Below, piece by piece: positions 49,988 through 59,700 of a stretch of 64,000 nucleotides of DNA. Numbering within the stretch: position 1 is the first letter of the stretch; each line of letters starts with the position of its first letter. Source of the stretch: a virus; the IMG/VR virus record IMGVR_UViG_3300048920_000077; one strand, written 5' to 3'. A program made the position numbers and the translations under genes. The notes under the pieces are model-generated. The model saw only the letters and a program-made list of their open reading frames with translations, was not told where the DNA came from and made no database searches.

Positions 49988-52900
49988 TTAAAGCGTTTTC
50001 GGCAGAGTGTTCGCCCAACCATGATCCCAGTCGTATGACCATGAGCCTTCGAAGTCAGGGTCTGGCGGCTCCGGCGGGTCAACGATGATTGGCGGAATCT
50101 CCGGTGGCCAGTCAGGGTCTACTGGGTCAGTCGGGTCTGGCGTCGTCGGGTCAGTCGGGTCTGGCTCATTCGGACCACCAGGATCGCCTGGATTGCCGCC
50201 GCCACTTCCGCCACCAGAACCACCGCCAGGTTGATTGCCGCCGCCAGGCTGCTGACCAGGAGGACAGGCATTCGTCGGAACACTGACATAAAACGAGTAT
50301 CCCTGCCATGATTCTAAACCACTTGGGTTCACTGCGAACAGCGTCATCATGATTGTCACGTTGCCGCAGGCGTTGAACACCGGCCCCGCTTTCGCGCCGT
50401 CCGCTTCTGCCATGGCCGCGGTGTACGTGAAGCCGGTACCGTCGATGTCGTACTGACGCAGGGTAAATTTATCCGCGCCGCCTTTGCTGTTCGGCAGAAC
50501 GTAACCCACCCAAACGCGATACTTGACGCCAGGTTCCGGACCAATGTTGCCCGCTGTATGGTCTACCGCGTCCCCCGCCTGAGACAGACGGTCGCGGTGT
50601 GTCCACGACAGGTTGACGTCGCGCGCATGGTAGATGCCCTGAGCGTCACGCGTGAACGCATCGGTACGAATCCACCAGCGATGGTTGTCGATATACACGT
50701 CGCCAGGGGCATACGGCCGGACCGGTCGCGTCTTCATCTGGATGTTCGTCTGCGGCACCTGATCGAGCGGGTACGGGACGGTGTGGGTTTCCGGTTTCAG
50801 TTTCACGCCCACCCACTCCTGACCGCCGTAGACGTAGCCGGAGATGGCGTTTTTCTTCTGGAAGAACCAGATCGGCGTGTTGCGGTAGTGAATCGCGGGA
50901 ACCGTGTCTGCCACGCCGCGGCCGAGCACCAGGAAGCCGTTGCCGATAGAGTCGATGCGGACGATCTCTTTATCAATCAGGGCGAGGTCGCCTACGGAAA
51001 TCCCCTCCAGCGGTACGCCGTCCTGTTCGGATGTCGCGCCAAACGAAACCTGCGTATCCAGGTAATCCAGATTGGTGGTTGTCACCGCCCACGGAGTGAA
51101 CGCGCCGGAGCCGGACGACTGCCAGTTCTTAGGCGTGTACACCGGATTGCCTTTGCTGTCGTAGGTAACATCCAGCGCCGAGGACCAGAACTCATAGCCA
51201 TCGGTCAGACGGTCAGAAGTACGGGCAACCACGCCCATCGGACGCGAGTTAGACAGGCTGAGATTCAGGCGATACAGTTCCAGGTACGGCGCTTCGAACA
51301 GCGTGGCATCCATGACCACCGGCATGAGCGTCATCTGGCTCGCTGCCTGACCAAGTGAAGCCATGGCCAGACCGTCAGTCGGCATACCGCTGCCATCGCT
51401 GTCATCAACGTCGGTTGCGGTCTGCTGGCCAAGTGAAGCCATCATCAGGCCATAAGTCGGGGTAGAGTCGTCCCCGCCGTCCGTATCGCTGACAGTCATG
51501 GACGTCTGCTGCGCAAGCTGCGCCATCTGCAGATAGGTCGCCACGTCTTCCACCTGAATCTGGATCCGGTAGCCCTGCCACGATTCGTAATTATTCCGGC
51601 GCGTGAACAGCGTCGCGGACATGTCGAACACGCGGCCGTCGTCCTGCTCGGTCACGCCAAGGTCAGACATAGCCTGCGTCCACAGATACTGATAAGACGT
51701 TCCGGTGATGCCGGTTTCCTGACGGACGAGAACGTTCTGGTCGTTGTAGAAGCGCAGGACATACGACGTGCCTGGCTCCGGACCAATGTTCCCGATTTCG
51801 TGATCCACGCGGGTATCTTCCTGCGCCACACGATCGCGGTGTTTCCAGGAGATAGTCAGTACCGGAGCATTCTTGCTTAACGACGTTTTCACGTACCAGC
51901 GCCACTGATCGTTCAGCCAGACATACCCTGGAGCATACGGACGGTAGAAGCGGAAGTTCATGACAACGGTATCGATCGGCGCGTCTTCCAGTGGGTACCG
52001 GCCAGCGAGGGTGTACGGCAGCACTTTGCCGTCGACAGTCTCGCCGCCCACGTAGGCCACGGAATCCGAACCGACTTCGTCTTCGAAGAACCACGCCAGT
52101 TGTCCGGCTGCTTGTGGGGCCGGCACCGTGTCATAAACGCCACGCGCTACCGTCAGCCAGTATTCGTTACCCATCTCGGCGATAGCGTCCACGCGCATAA
52201 TCTCTTCGCCCAGGTAGATACACTCGCCCACCACCATCTCGTCTTCGTCTTTCAGCTTGTTCAGTTTGACGGTGGTAGTCAGGTAGGAAATGTTCTCCAT
52301 CAGTTCGCCGAGCGGAACGAAGCCCCCTTGGCCACGGATTTCGAATGAGGATTCGCCGCCCGCGCGCATGGCCAGATCGTAGCCCATCGACAAACTGGTA
52401 GGCTTTTCTGCGGCCATGCCGTAATAACCCCATTGCGGTTGGATGGCGTTGAACTCCCCTGGCGGGTACATGCGGTTCAGGAGCGCGTAGGGAACCTCGT
52501 AGGCGCGTCGGCGGGCGATGGACGGCAAACGGTCAGGTGGATTCGTTACCGGCGGCTGTACGGCCGCTGTACCGTTCACAGGCATGGCGAAGACGTCTTC
52601 CACTGCAGAGATATGCAGATAGCCATCGGTCATCGGCATTTCTTCCACAGCACCGGCACGAATGGCGATGTCGATGCCCCCGCGCTTAGGATCCTGAATA
52701 CGGAAGACGGTACCAGGCTGAATCTTCCAGCCGCGGTGGTCGACCTTAATCTTGAATCCGCGGAGGGGCAGCGCCTGCGCATTCAGGTCGCGGTCAGCGA
52801 GACGTTGGGCCAGCTCGGCAGTCGGCGCGCCCATGTAGTCGACGTTGCTGGAAACGATCGACCCTGCAGTCTGGATACCGGCCAGGTTCTGCGAGCGCAC

Positions 52901-53785
52901 CTTCCCGTCTTCGTTCGACAGCGGCGAGTGATAGCCGACCACGATTTCGTTAATCAAACTGGTACCGGCGGCCACCGAACATTCTTCCACGGCGATAAGG
53001 CCGGAATCGTTCGTGAACACCGGCAACTGTTCAAACACGTAATCGTCGCGGATCAGTTTAATCGTCAGCAGGCCGGTCTGTTTATCGACGTACATCGTGG
53101 CGCCGAGGTGGTCCAGAATGTTCTGCGCGAAGGAGTCCAGGTTGTCGGTACGTTTCCACGCAAGGCAAAGCCCCATCCCTTCTGAGTAAGCAAGGTCAGC
53201 AGCGTATTGCCATTGCGCTTCGTACATCGCCGAACGCGGGATGCCACGACCCCACACTCGGTTGGTGCACGCTTCATACAGGATGTGGACGCCGTTCATC
53301 GACTGGATGGTGCCGACGCGCGAATGCCCGTCATCATCGGTGTACGTGGTGGTCTGGTCGATGCGAATCTTCGACGGGTACCACGTAGCGCCGTCCCACC
53401 CCTGCAGCAGTCGGCGCAGTTTGAACGCCCACGGTTTCGGGTACGGGTTCATGGCGCAGACCATGCCGTCAAAGAACAACGTCACGATGCCCCTGAACTC
53501 CGGCGACAAACCTGGCAGAATGGACTTCACCTTAGCCGAGACAGTCTGGCTTTCCCCGCCCAGGTAAAACTCGGCGTTCCCGTCGATACCACCTTCGGCC
53601 TTGGTACCGCCGAAAAGCTCCGGCTTACTGATCTTGAAAGCGGTGTTGGACGTCATCTCGCCCGTCCATGCCGTCCGGTCGCCCACGCGGATTTCCAGCA
53701 GCGCGTCGACCGGTCCCCGGCACATCCCCATTTGCATCGACATTAAGTATTTAAAGCCGACTGTAACGTTCTTGGCCTTACCCAT
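49988..53785 (-). CDS. host specificity / central tail tip protein (gpJ- or GTA g15-like)
   Basis: 1265 aa. N-terminus GFKYLMSMQMGMCRGPVDALLEIRVGD...LFGGTKAEGGIDG is typical of this family. Internal ~330-aa duplication. Pro/Gly-rich C-terminus. Confidence 0.85.
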   Translation of the reverse strand: MGKAKNVTVGFKYLMSMQMGMCRGPVDALLEIRVGDRTAWTGEMTSNTAFKISKPELFGGTKAEGGIDGNAEFYLGGESQTVSAKVKSILPGLSPEFRGIVTLFFDGMVCAMNPYPKPWAFKLRRLLQGWDGATWYPSKIRIDQTTTYTDDDGHSRVGTIQSMNGVHILYEACTNRVWGRGIPRSAMYEAQWQYAADLAYSEGMGLCLAWKRTDNLDSFAQNILDHLGATMYVDKQTGLLTIKLIRDDYVFEQLPVFTNDSGLIAVEECSVAAGTSLINEIVVGYHSPLSNEDGKVRSQNLAGIQTAGSIVSSNVDYMGAPTAELAQRLADRDLNAQALPLRGFKIKVDHRGWKIQPGTVFRIQDPKRGGIDIAIRAGAVEEMPMTDGYLHISAVEDVFAMPVNGTAAVQPPVTNPPDRLPSIARRRAYEVPYALLNRMYPPGEFNAIQPQWGYYGMAAEKPTSLSMGYDLAMRAGGESSFEIRGQGGFVPLGELMENISYLTTTVKLNKLKDEDEMVVGECIYLGEEIMRVDAIAEMGNEYWLTVARGVYDTVPAPQAAGQLAWFFEDEVGSDSVAYVGGETVDGKVLPYTLAGRYPLEDAPIDTVVMNFRFYRPYAPGYVWLNDQWRWYVKTSLSKNAPVLTISWKHRDRVAQEDTRVDHEIGNIGPEPGTSYVLRFYNDQNVLVRQETGITGTSYQYLWTQAMSDLGVTEQDDGRVFDMSATLFTRRNNYESWQGYRIQIQVEDVATYLQMAQLAQQTSMTVSDTDGGDDSTPTYGLMMASLGQQTATDVDDSDGSGMPTDGLAMASLGQAASQMTLMPVVMDATLFEAPYLELYRLNLSLSNSRPMGVVARTSDRLTDGYEFWSSALDVTYDSKGNPVYTPKNWQSSGSGAFTPWAVTTTNLDYLDTQVSFGATSEQDGVPLEGISVGDLALIDKEIVRIDSIGNGFLVLGRGVADTVPAIHYRNTPIWFFQKKNAISGYVYGGQEWVGVKLKPETHTVPYPLDQVPQTNIQMKTRPVRPYAPGDVYIDNHRWWIRTDAFTRDAQGIYHARDVNLSWTHRDRLSQAGDAVDHTAGNIGPEPGVKYRVWVGYVLPNSKGGADKFTLRQYDIDGTGFTYTAAMAEADGAKAGPVFNACGNVTIMMTLFAVNPSGLESWQGYSFYVSVPTNACPPGQQPGGGNQPGGGSGGGSGGGNPGDPGGPNEPDPTDPTTPDPTDPVDPDWPPEIPPIIVDPPEPPDPDFEGSWSYDWDHGWANTLPKTL

Positions 53786-53993
53786 TGTTGTTCTTCTCCG
53801 CTTCCATTCGGTGTGCCAGTTCGATAACGGCGTTCATCTGCGCATCCCCGTAAGCGCGCACCTGTTCTTCCGGCATCCCGTTCTGTAGCGCGTACATGAT
53901 TTCTTCGTCGGTCAGGCCAACGCGTTTCATGCGGTTGACCAGTCCACGGCCGCAGAGTTTAGCGGCACGGATATGTTCGACAGTGATAAGCAT
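53778..53993 (-). CDS. hypothetical small tail-module protein
   Basis: 71-aa ORF overlapping the start of the tip protein gene. Confidence 0.45.
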   Translation of the reverse strand: MLITVEHIRAAKLCGRGLVNRMKRVGLTDEEIMYALQNGMPEEQVRAYGDAQMNAVIELAHRMEAEKNNNG

Positions 53994-54002
53994 AAAGCCC
54001 CC

Positions 54003-54245
54003 TTATTTTTTCGCGTTCTTCGCTTTAACTTTCTTCGTGCGGAAATTGCCGGTGGCCAGAACGAACCAGTCGGAGATCCACACCTCGCCAAAGATGACGG
54101 TTTGCGGCGTACCTTCATCAATCTGCGGGATGTTCATATCATCGTAGGTGCCAGGCTGCGGTTGCGTTGGCTTGGGCGCCAGCACGATAGATAGCACCAT
54201 ACTGGCCACCATCATAATCAGCATCGCCCACGTCATCGGTTCCAT
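54003..54245 (-). CDS. small tail assembly protein (gpI-like segment) with N-terminal hydrophobic helix
   Basis: 80 aa. LAPKPTQPQPG...IDEGTPQTVIFGEVWIS resembles the P.P...EG.P.P.V.G motif of tail assembly and tip proteins. Confidence 0.45.
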   Translation of the reverse strand: MEPMTWAMLIMMVASMVLSIVLAPKPTQPQPGTYDDMNIPQIDEGTPQTVIFGEVWISDWFVLATGNFRTKKVKAKNAKK

Positions 54246-54254
54246 GTTGCCTCC

Positions 54255-55079
54255 TTAGAAAATCGGGTCGCCTGAGAACGGCGATTTGCCAGGGATGTGC
54301 GGCTCACCGCCGTAGTTGGCCACGTTGTTGAATTTGCTGCTGCAGGTGAGAATGACACGATTGCATCCTGGGTAAATGTATATCGGATCCCCGTTCGCAA
54401 TGCCATCGCTTCGTCCAAGCAGGGTAATCGTGTTGCCAATCTGCGACGTGATGCCTCGGCGGTTCGGACCACCTGTCCGGCGGTCTACCCACTCGACGAA
54501 TCCGGCCGTGAAGTAGTTGTCCCCGAAAGCAGCGATGTCCGCGGCCACGGTGATTTTCCCGCCCTGCGCGTTGGTAACGGTGGTCGTCAGTTTGTGGGCG
54601 TCTTTGTTAACTTTGCAGGTTGCCTGGTCGTACAGAACGTAAGGACAGCCGCGCTGCCACGTCAGGCGTAAGCCATTCCGCTGCATGGTGGGACCAAGCG
54701 TCTGGCAGGTAATCTCGGCCACTCCGGGAGTCGTGAAGTTCACGTTATTGATGAAGCCGACGTAGTTGTAGGCCATCTCGTTGTCGTTCTCATGGACGCG
54801 GGCGCGTTTAACCATGACATCGTTAATTGGCGGGGTGTTAACGTAGAGCGACACAAGGTCGAACGTGATCGGCAACCGGATGGTGAATGAGTCCGTCTGC
54901 GCTTCGCCGGTCTGGCTGACGCCGTCATCCTCAATGCCGAGCGTTTTGTACAGACGCCCGCCGACGGAAATATCGCTGTCAGCGGACGTCACGTACCACG
55001 CCTTTGTGTCGATGGTGAATTCGTATAGGTGAATGGGACGCCCACTAAATGTCGACGCCTCATACTCGTTGTACGCCAT
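54255..55079 (-). CDS. tail hub protein, DUF2163 + BR0599-type C-terminus (GTA g13-like / gpL-like)
   Basis: ORF trimmed to the ATG at 55079 after AAGGAG. C-terminus YPGCNRVILTCSSKFNNVANYGGEPHIPG matches the BR0599 GC...C..F.N..N(F/Y)GG.P.IPG signature. Confidence 0.7.
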   Translation of the reverse strand: MAYNEYEASTFSGRPIHLYEFTIDTKAWYVTSADSDISVGGRLYKTLGIEDDGVSQTGEAQTDSFTIRLPITFDLVSLYVNTPPINDVMVKRARVHENDNEMAYNYVGFINNVNFTTPGVAEITCQTLGPTMQRNGLRLTWQRGCPYVLYDQATCKVNKDAHKLTTTVTNAQGGKITVAADIAAFGDNYFTAGFVEWVDRRTGGPNRRGITSQIGNTITLLGRSDGIANGDPIYIYPGCNRVILTCSSKFNNVANYGGEPHIPGKSPFSGDPIF

Positions 55080-55089
55080 AGCCTTCTCC

Positions 55090-56793
55090 TTATGGGAATA
55101 CGGCTGGCGCTCCATCTCTTCGTTCAATGAATCCGTGTAGCGCCAGCACACATTCTGCCGGTCCTGTCAGGTCAGCGTGGTGTGTGATTTCCACGGTGTC
55201 CGACGCCAATCGGCAGTATGGCATGAAGCATAACACTCGAATGTCTTCCTTGGCGATAGACCCGATGGTCTGGTCGAGGTATAAATATTCCACCCCATCC
55301 TCGGCGCGCGAGCTAACAATGCGGGCAGTGAGCGCCGTCCCATCGCGTTTTTCCAGGTACAGGTTGCGCCGGATTTCCTGCAGCAGATCCGCATAATACG
55401 AATACCCTGTCTGCTCCACCGCGATGTATCCGGTAGCCGGATTGATGTCTTCCACCAGCGTGAAATCCTCCAGCCAGTTAGGCGCGTAGAACGGCTGCGT
55501 CTGACCAGCCATGGCATACAGCATCTGGATGAACGTGAACTTCTCCTTCTTCCCTTTCAGCAGCCACGGCAGTGACCAGTCCTGCGTTTCCTGATTACCG
55601 GCGTCCATGACATACGGGATGCCGGTCTGGTTGTCTGTCCAGAACACAACACGGTCGAACGAGTGGGAAATGTTCTCCTTCCAGTTCGGGCGCTGATTAA
55701 TGATCGGCAGGTTATCGCGGCCGTTACGCGGCCAGCCGACGTCGTTGAAAATCCACGATGGCTGGATGAACGACTCGGCCGTGACAACGCGGAAACGCAC
55801 CTGGAAATCGGCAGCAGCGTTGGTGTAGTTGTCCGCCTGGACAGCATCTTCAATCACGGACACGCGGCAGGGGAACAGTCGGAAGTTCGACCAGTCTTTT
55901 TTCAGTCCGGTGGCCAGCACGATGCGATCGTTATGCACCTCCAGGATAGGCACCAGTTCGTAATCGAAAATCTTCGACCGGTCCATGTTGCGGAGGATGG
56001 CCACGCCACCAGCGTAATAGTTCCGGTAGGTGAAGTCGCCGTGGATAACGGTTTCTTTCTCGGTCAGGTTCCACTTGATGAACTGGGTGTCGAACCACAG
56101 CGGGATAAGGCACTGGTCGCGGCCGAGGCCGATAATGGCCATCTCGATCGCACGGCGTTTATTCTTCAATCCGCGGAACTGCGCTTCCACGTACCGGCGC
56201 GGGAATCGGCGAATCTTGCGGCGCTGCTCGGCACCGGTTTCCGACGTCTGGACTGTCGACAACCACGCCCACGATTCGGTAATGCCGTCTCCCCAGTTCG
56301 GCTCCGGCAGGAATACCGGCAGGCTGAGAATATTACTCCCGCTGCCCGCCGGTTTAGCGCCAATGTCCGGCCACTGGGATTCATTGCCGATCATGCCGTT
56401 CGGGTCTGAGATGCTTTCCGGCACCACGTTCCCGCTGTTGTAGAACGCCCACCCCGCGTATGCCGGAGTGTTCAGCGGACCATTGAAGTACGAAACATCC
56501 AGGCGGTGCCACCCCTGATCGACAGTGACGTACTCAAACGTCGACACCGCCATGCCAGCGGTACCGATTTGCGTGGAGTCGATGAACATCGTCATGGAGT
56601 CGTCGGAAGCCATCTGCACGGTGTACACGCCGCCGTCGAAATACTGCCAGCGGGACATGTAGTACGTGTGGTTCGCGGCTGCTCCGGAGAACGCGTCCTG
56701 GACGTATAGCATCCAGGCGTTGTTCATCTGCTGCGAGAATGTCTTGACTGTCGCGTTAGCGTCGCGTGTCCCCTTAACTGCTTTATCGGCCAT
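55090..56793 (-). CDS. distal tail protein (TIGR02217/DUF2460-like, GTA g12-like) with N-terminal PA14-like domain
   Basis: Core ...TSETGAEQRRKIRRFPRRYVEAQF... The N-terminal 130 aa (GVYTVQMASDDSMTMFIDSTQIG...GWHRLDVSYFNG) resemble a PA14 carbohydrate-binding fold. Confidence 0.6.
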   Translation of the reverse strand: MADKAVKGTRDANATVKTFSQQMNNAWMLYVQDAFSGAAANHTYYMSRWQYFDGGVYTVQMASDDSMTMFIDSTQIGTAGMAVSTFEYVTVDQGWHRLDVSYFNGPLNTPAYAGWAFYNSGNVVPESISDPNGMIGNESQWPDIGAKPAGSGSNILSLPVFLPEPNWGDGITESWAWLSTVQTSETGAEQRRKIRRFPRRYVEAQFRGLKNKRRAIEMAIIGLGRDQCLIPLWFDTQFIKWNLTEKETVIHGDFTYRNYYAGGVAILRNMDRSKIFDYELVPILEVHNDRIVLATGLKKDWSNFRLFPCRVSVIEDAVQADNYTNAAADFQVRFRVVTAESFIQPSWIFNDVGWPRNGRDNLPIINQRPNWKENISHSFDRVVFWTDNQTGIPYVMDAGNQETQDWSLPWLLKGKKEKFTFIQMLYAMAGQTQPFYAPNWLEDFTLVEDINPATGYIAVEQTGYSYYADLLQEIRRNLYLEKRDGTALTARIVSSRAEDGVEYLYLDQTIGSIAKEDIRVLCFMPYCRLASDTVEITHHADLTGPAECVLALHGFIERRDGAPAVFP

Positions 56794-59700
56794 TAGCTTT
56801 TCACCATTTGCTTAACTGTTGACAGTTGCCCGCGCAGACCGATGATAAGCGCCTGCTGTCCTTCCGGCGTTTTCATTGCTTCGGCAAGGGCAGCGCGTCG
56901 GTCATCTACTGCGATAAGGCGCAGGCTGCTCGGTCCCTTGTTCCCGCCACCGTTAAGGATGTGGCGTGGGTCGTCGCGCGTCAATACCTCTTCGCCTCGT
57001 TCCAGTACGCTCGGCACCTCGTTAGGGCGCAGGCCGGAGTTAGGCGCTTGGCCAGCAATACCGCCAGTGTGGTACCGCGGCGCCACGCCGAAGGCCGAAG
57101 CAGGCAGCGCACGTTTGTGGCCACCTCCGCCGCCAGCAACCCCGCCGGTATGGTTCTGGCCACTGACCAGTGAACCGGCTGCAGACCCGATAGACCCCAT
57201 GATTCCGCCAGCGCCGGAGAACGACTGCAGGTAGCGCAGGATCATCGTTTTCAGAATGGCCATGGCAAGATCTTTCATCAGGTCTGCGAAGAACAGACCC
57301 ATCGTCACGCCAAGCTGCTGTACCGCTTCTCCCCATGTCTGAGTACCCTGATAAACTTTCGTCAGGTTATCCACGATAGAGTCGAAGGCCGTGTCCAGAC
57401 CGTTAAGCAGACCGCTCGTCAACTGGACGTAGAATTTCTCCACGGCGCGCTGCGAGTTCTCGATCTTCACCTGCATGGTGTCCAGGTTGACCATGAGCGC
57501 ATTAAACGCTTCCGGATCCATGGCGGCCTGATTGGCGATAGCGAACTGGCGCAGGGCATCAATGTTCGCCAGGATTTTAACCTTGGACTCGTCGTACAGG
57601 GCGTTCAGTTGTTCGACCTGCTGCTGCTCGGTGATAAGTCCGGCATCCGCTTTCGCGTTAATTAACGCCTCGTTATCTTTGCGCTCCTTGCTGTTCGAAT
57701 CCACCTTGGCCTGCAGGCGCTGCAATTCCTGCGCGGCGGTCTGTTGCTTGACGGCTTCGCTGGTGGTCTGTTTCAGAACATCGAGTCGCTTCTGCATTGC
57801 GGCAGCGCCGGACTTATCGAACGCCGCGATTTTCTTAATGCGGTTTTCGAGATCCTTATACTGGTCTACCGCGGCTTTCACGGCCGCCGCTTCACGCTCG
57901 CCATAGCTGGAGGTCGGGTCGCCGTATACAGCTTTCTTCTGCGCGCGGCTTTCGGCCTGTTCCAGATCCGTCATGGTGGACTGAACGAGGTTGGCGCGTT
58001 TGTTGACTGCGCCGGCCCCGCTGCCAGCATGGTCAGCCTGGTACGCTTTGCGCTCGTTCTCCACCGCCTGTTCAATCAGTTCCTTTGTGCGTTTCAGCGT
58101 GGCGCCGCCGTACTTCTCGGCTTCCTTCAACTGCGCGGCGTAAGACTGGCGTACCAGCGAGATGCGGGTGTTCAGGTCGTCCTTGGCCACGCGTTTCTGC
58201 TGCGCGATGGACTGCTTCGCCAGATTGTCACGCAGCGTATCCAGTTTCTTGTTGAAAGACTTCTCGTCCACGGCCTGACGGTCAAACGCGGTTTCCGTCT
58301 GCGAACGGCGGAAGCCTGCCACGGCATCCATGTCTTTTTTAAGCTGCTCGGTCTGCGCTTTGACGTTTGCCGGGATCGGCGCGTTCTTCGCTTCGTACTC
58401 TTTTTTCAGTTCGTCGAATTCTTTGTACTTGCCGGAGATCACGCCTTTGATGTAGTTGAACGACACCACGACGTACTTGATCATTCCGTCGACGATACTG
58501 CGGACTGTCTCTGACTGATCGTACAGCACCTTCCCGATGTCAAGCGCCAGCAGGATCCATCCAATGTACGGGATGGCGCGCGTCAGCAGTCGCATGGCCA
58601 ACGCAAGGCCGCGCGTCGCCGTTGTCGCCGTCCCCATGCTGCGGGCGAAGATCAGAATCATTGCCTGCAGGTTACGAATGCTGGTGTTCGCCGTCGAAGC
58701 CATACCCGCCAGGTCTTTCAGCGATGTGCCGAAGGAGTAGGCCAACTGGATGCCTTTGACAAACGCGATGTTGGCCAGCGCCCATTTGACCAGGTCGAGG
58801 TTCTCCACAAGGAACTGCGCGGCGCCCGCCACGGTAGAAAACGCGGCGCCAAGGTCTTCGGCCAGTTGCTTCCCTTCGTTGCTTTCCAGAAGCTGAGTCA
58901 GGGAGGTAATGAGTTTGCGGTACGCGTCCAGGAAGCCGGAGTCGGCCAGCGCCAGGTTGAAGCGGAACTTCGCGTTATCCAGGGCGTTCTGCTGCGCCAC
59001 GATACCGGTACGCATCTGCTCCGTAGCGTCCGTGGTTTCCTTGGCCAAGTCGCGCATGATGGAGATAACGGCCGTCGAGTCCAGCACGGCGTTTTCCATG
59101 TACTTACGAAACTCCGGCTCGGTAAGGCCAAGCGCTTTCGCACCGGCCGCAAACGCGCCAGGGATCTGTTCGCCGAACTGCTGCTTGAATTCTTCCGCTG
59201 AGATGTTCCCCTTCGACAGCATCTGTTCGATCGCCAGGAAGACAAGGTTCATCTGGTCGGCGGTCTTACCGTATGCGGTACCGATCGAGGTGACGTTTTC
59301 GAACAGTTCCTTCGATTCTTTCTGGCCAAGGCCGCTGCCCTTCGCTGCTGCGGAGAACTTGCCGTAGGACTTGGCCATGCTTTCCAGGTTAGAGCCGAAG
59401 TAGTCGGCCACCTGATTGACGTACTCCCACTCTTTCGCCTGCGCCTTCTGGTCCTTACCGACCACGACGGCAATCGCGGACATCGTCTGCTGACGGGTAA
59501 TCGCCGCATCGACTGCAGAGTTCGCCAGGTTGATGGCACCGAACACGCCGCCGTATGCAGCAGCCAGCGCCAGCAGTTCGCCACGCAAACGCTGCGCCCA
59601 CGACAGCGCGGTTTTCTGCTGGTCGTAGTTGTCTTTGGTTTTCTTGCCCGCCTGGTCTGCGGCAGCACCGTTCCGGCGGTACGCTTCGGTCAACGCGTTC

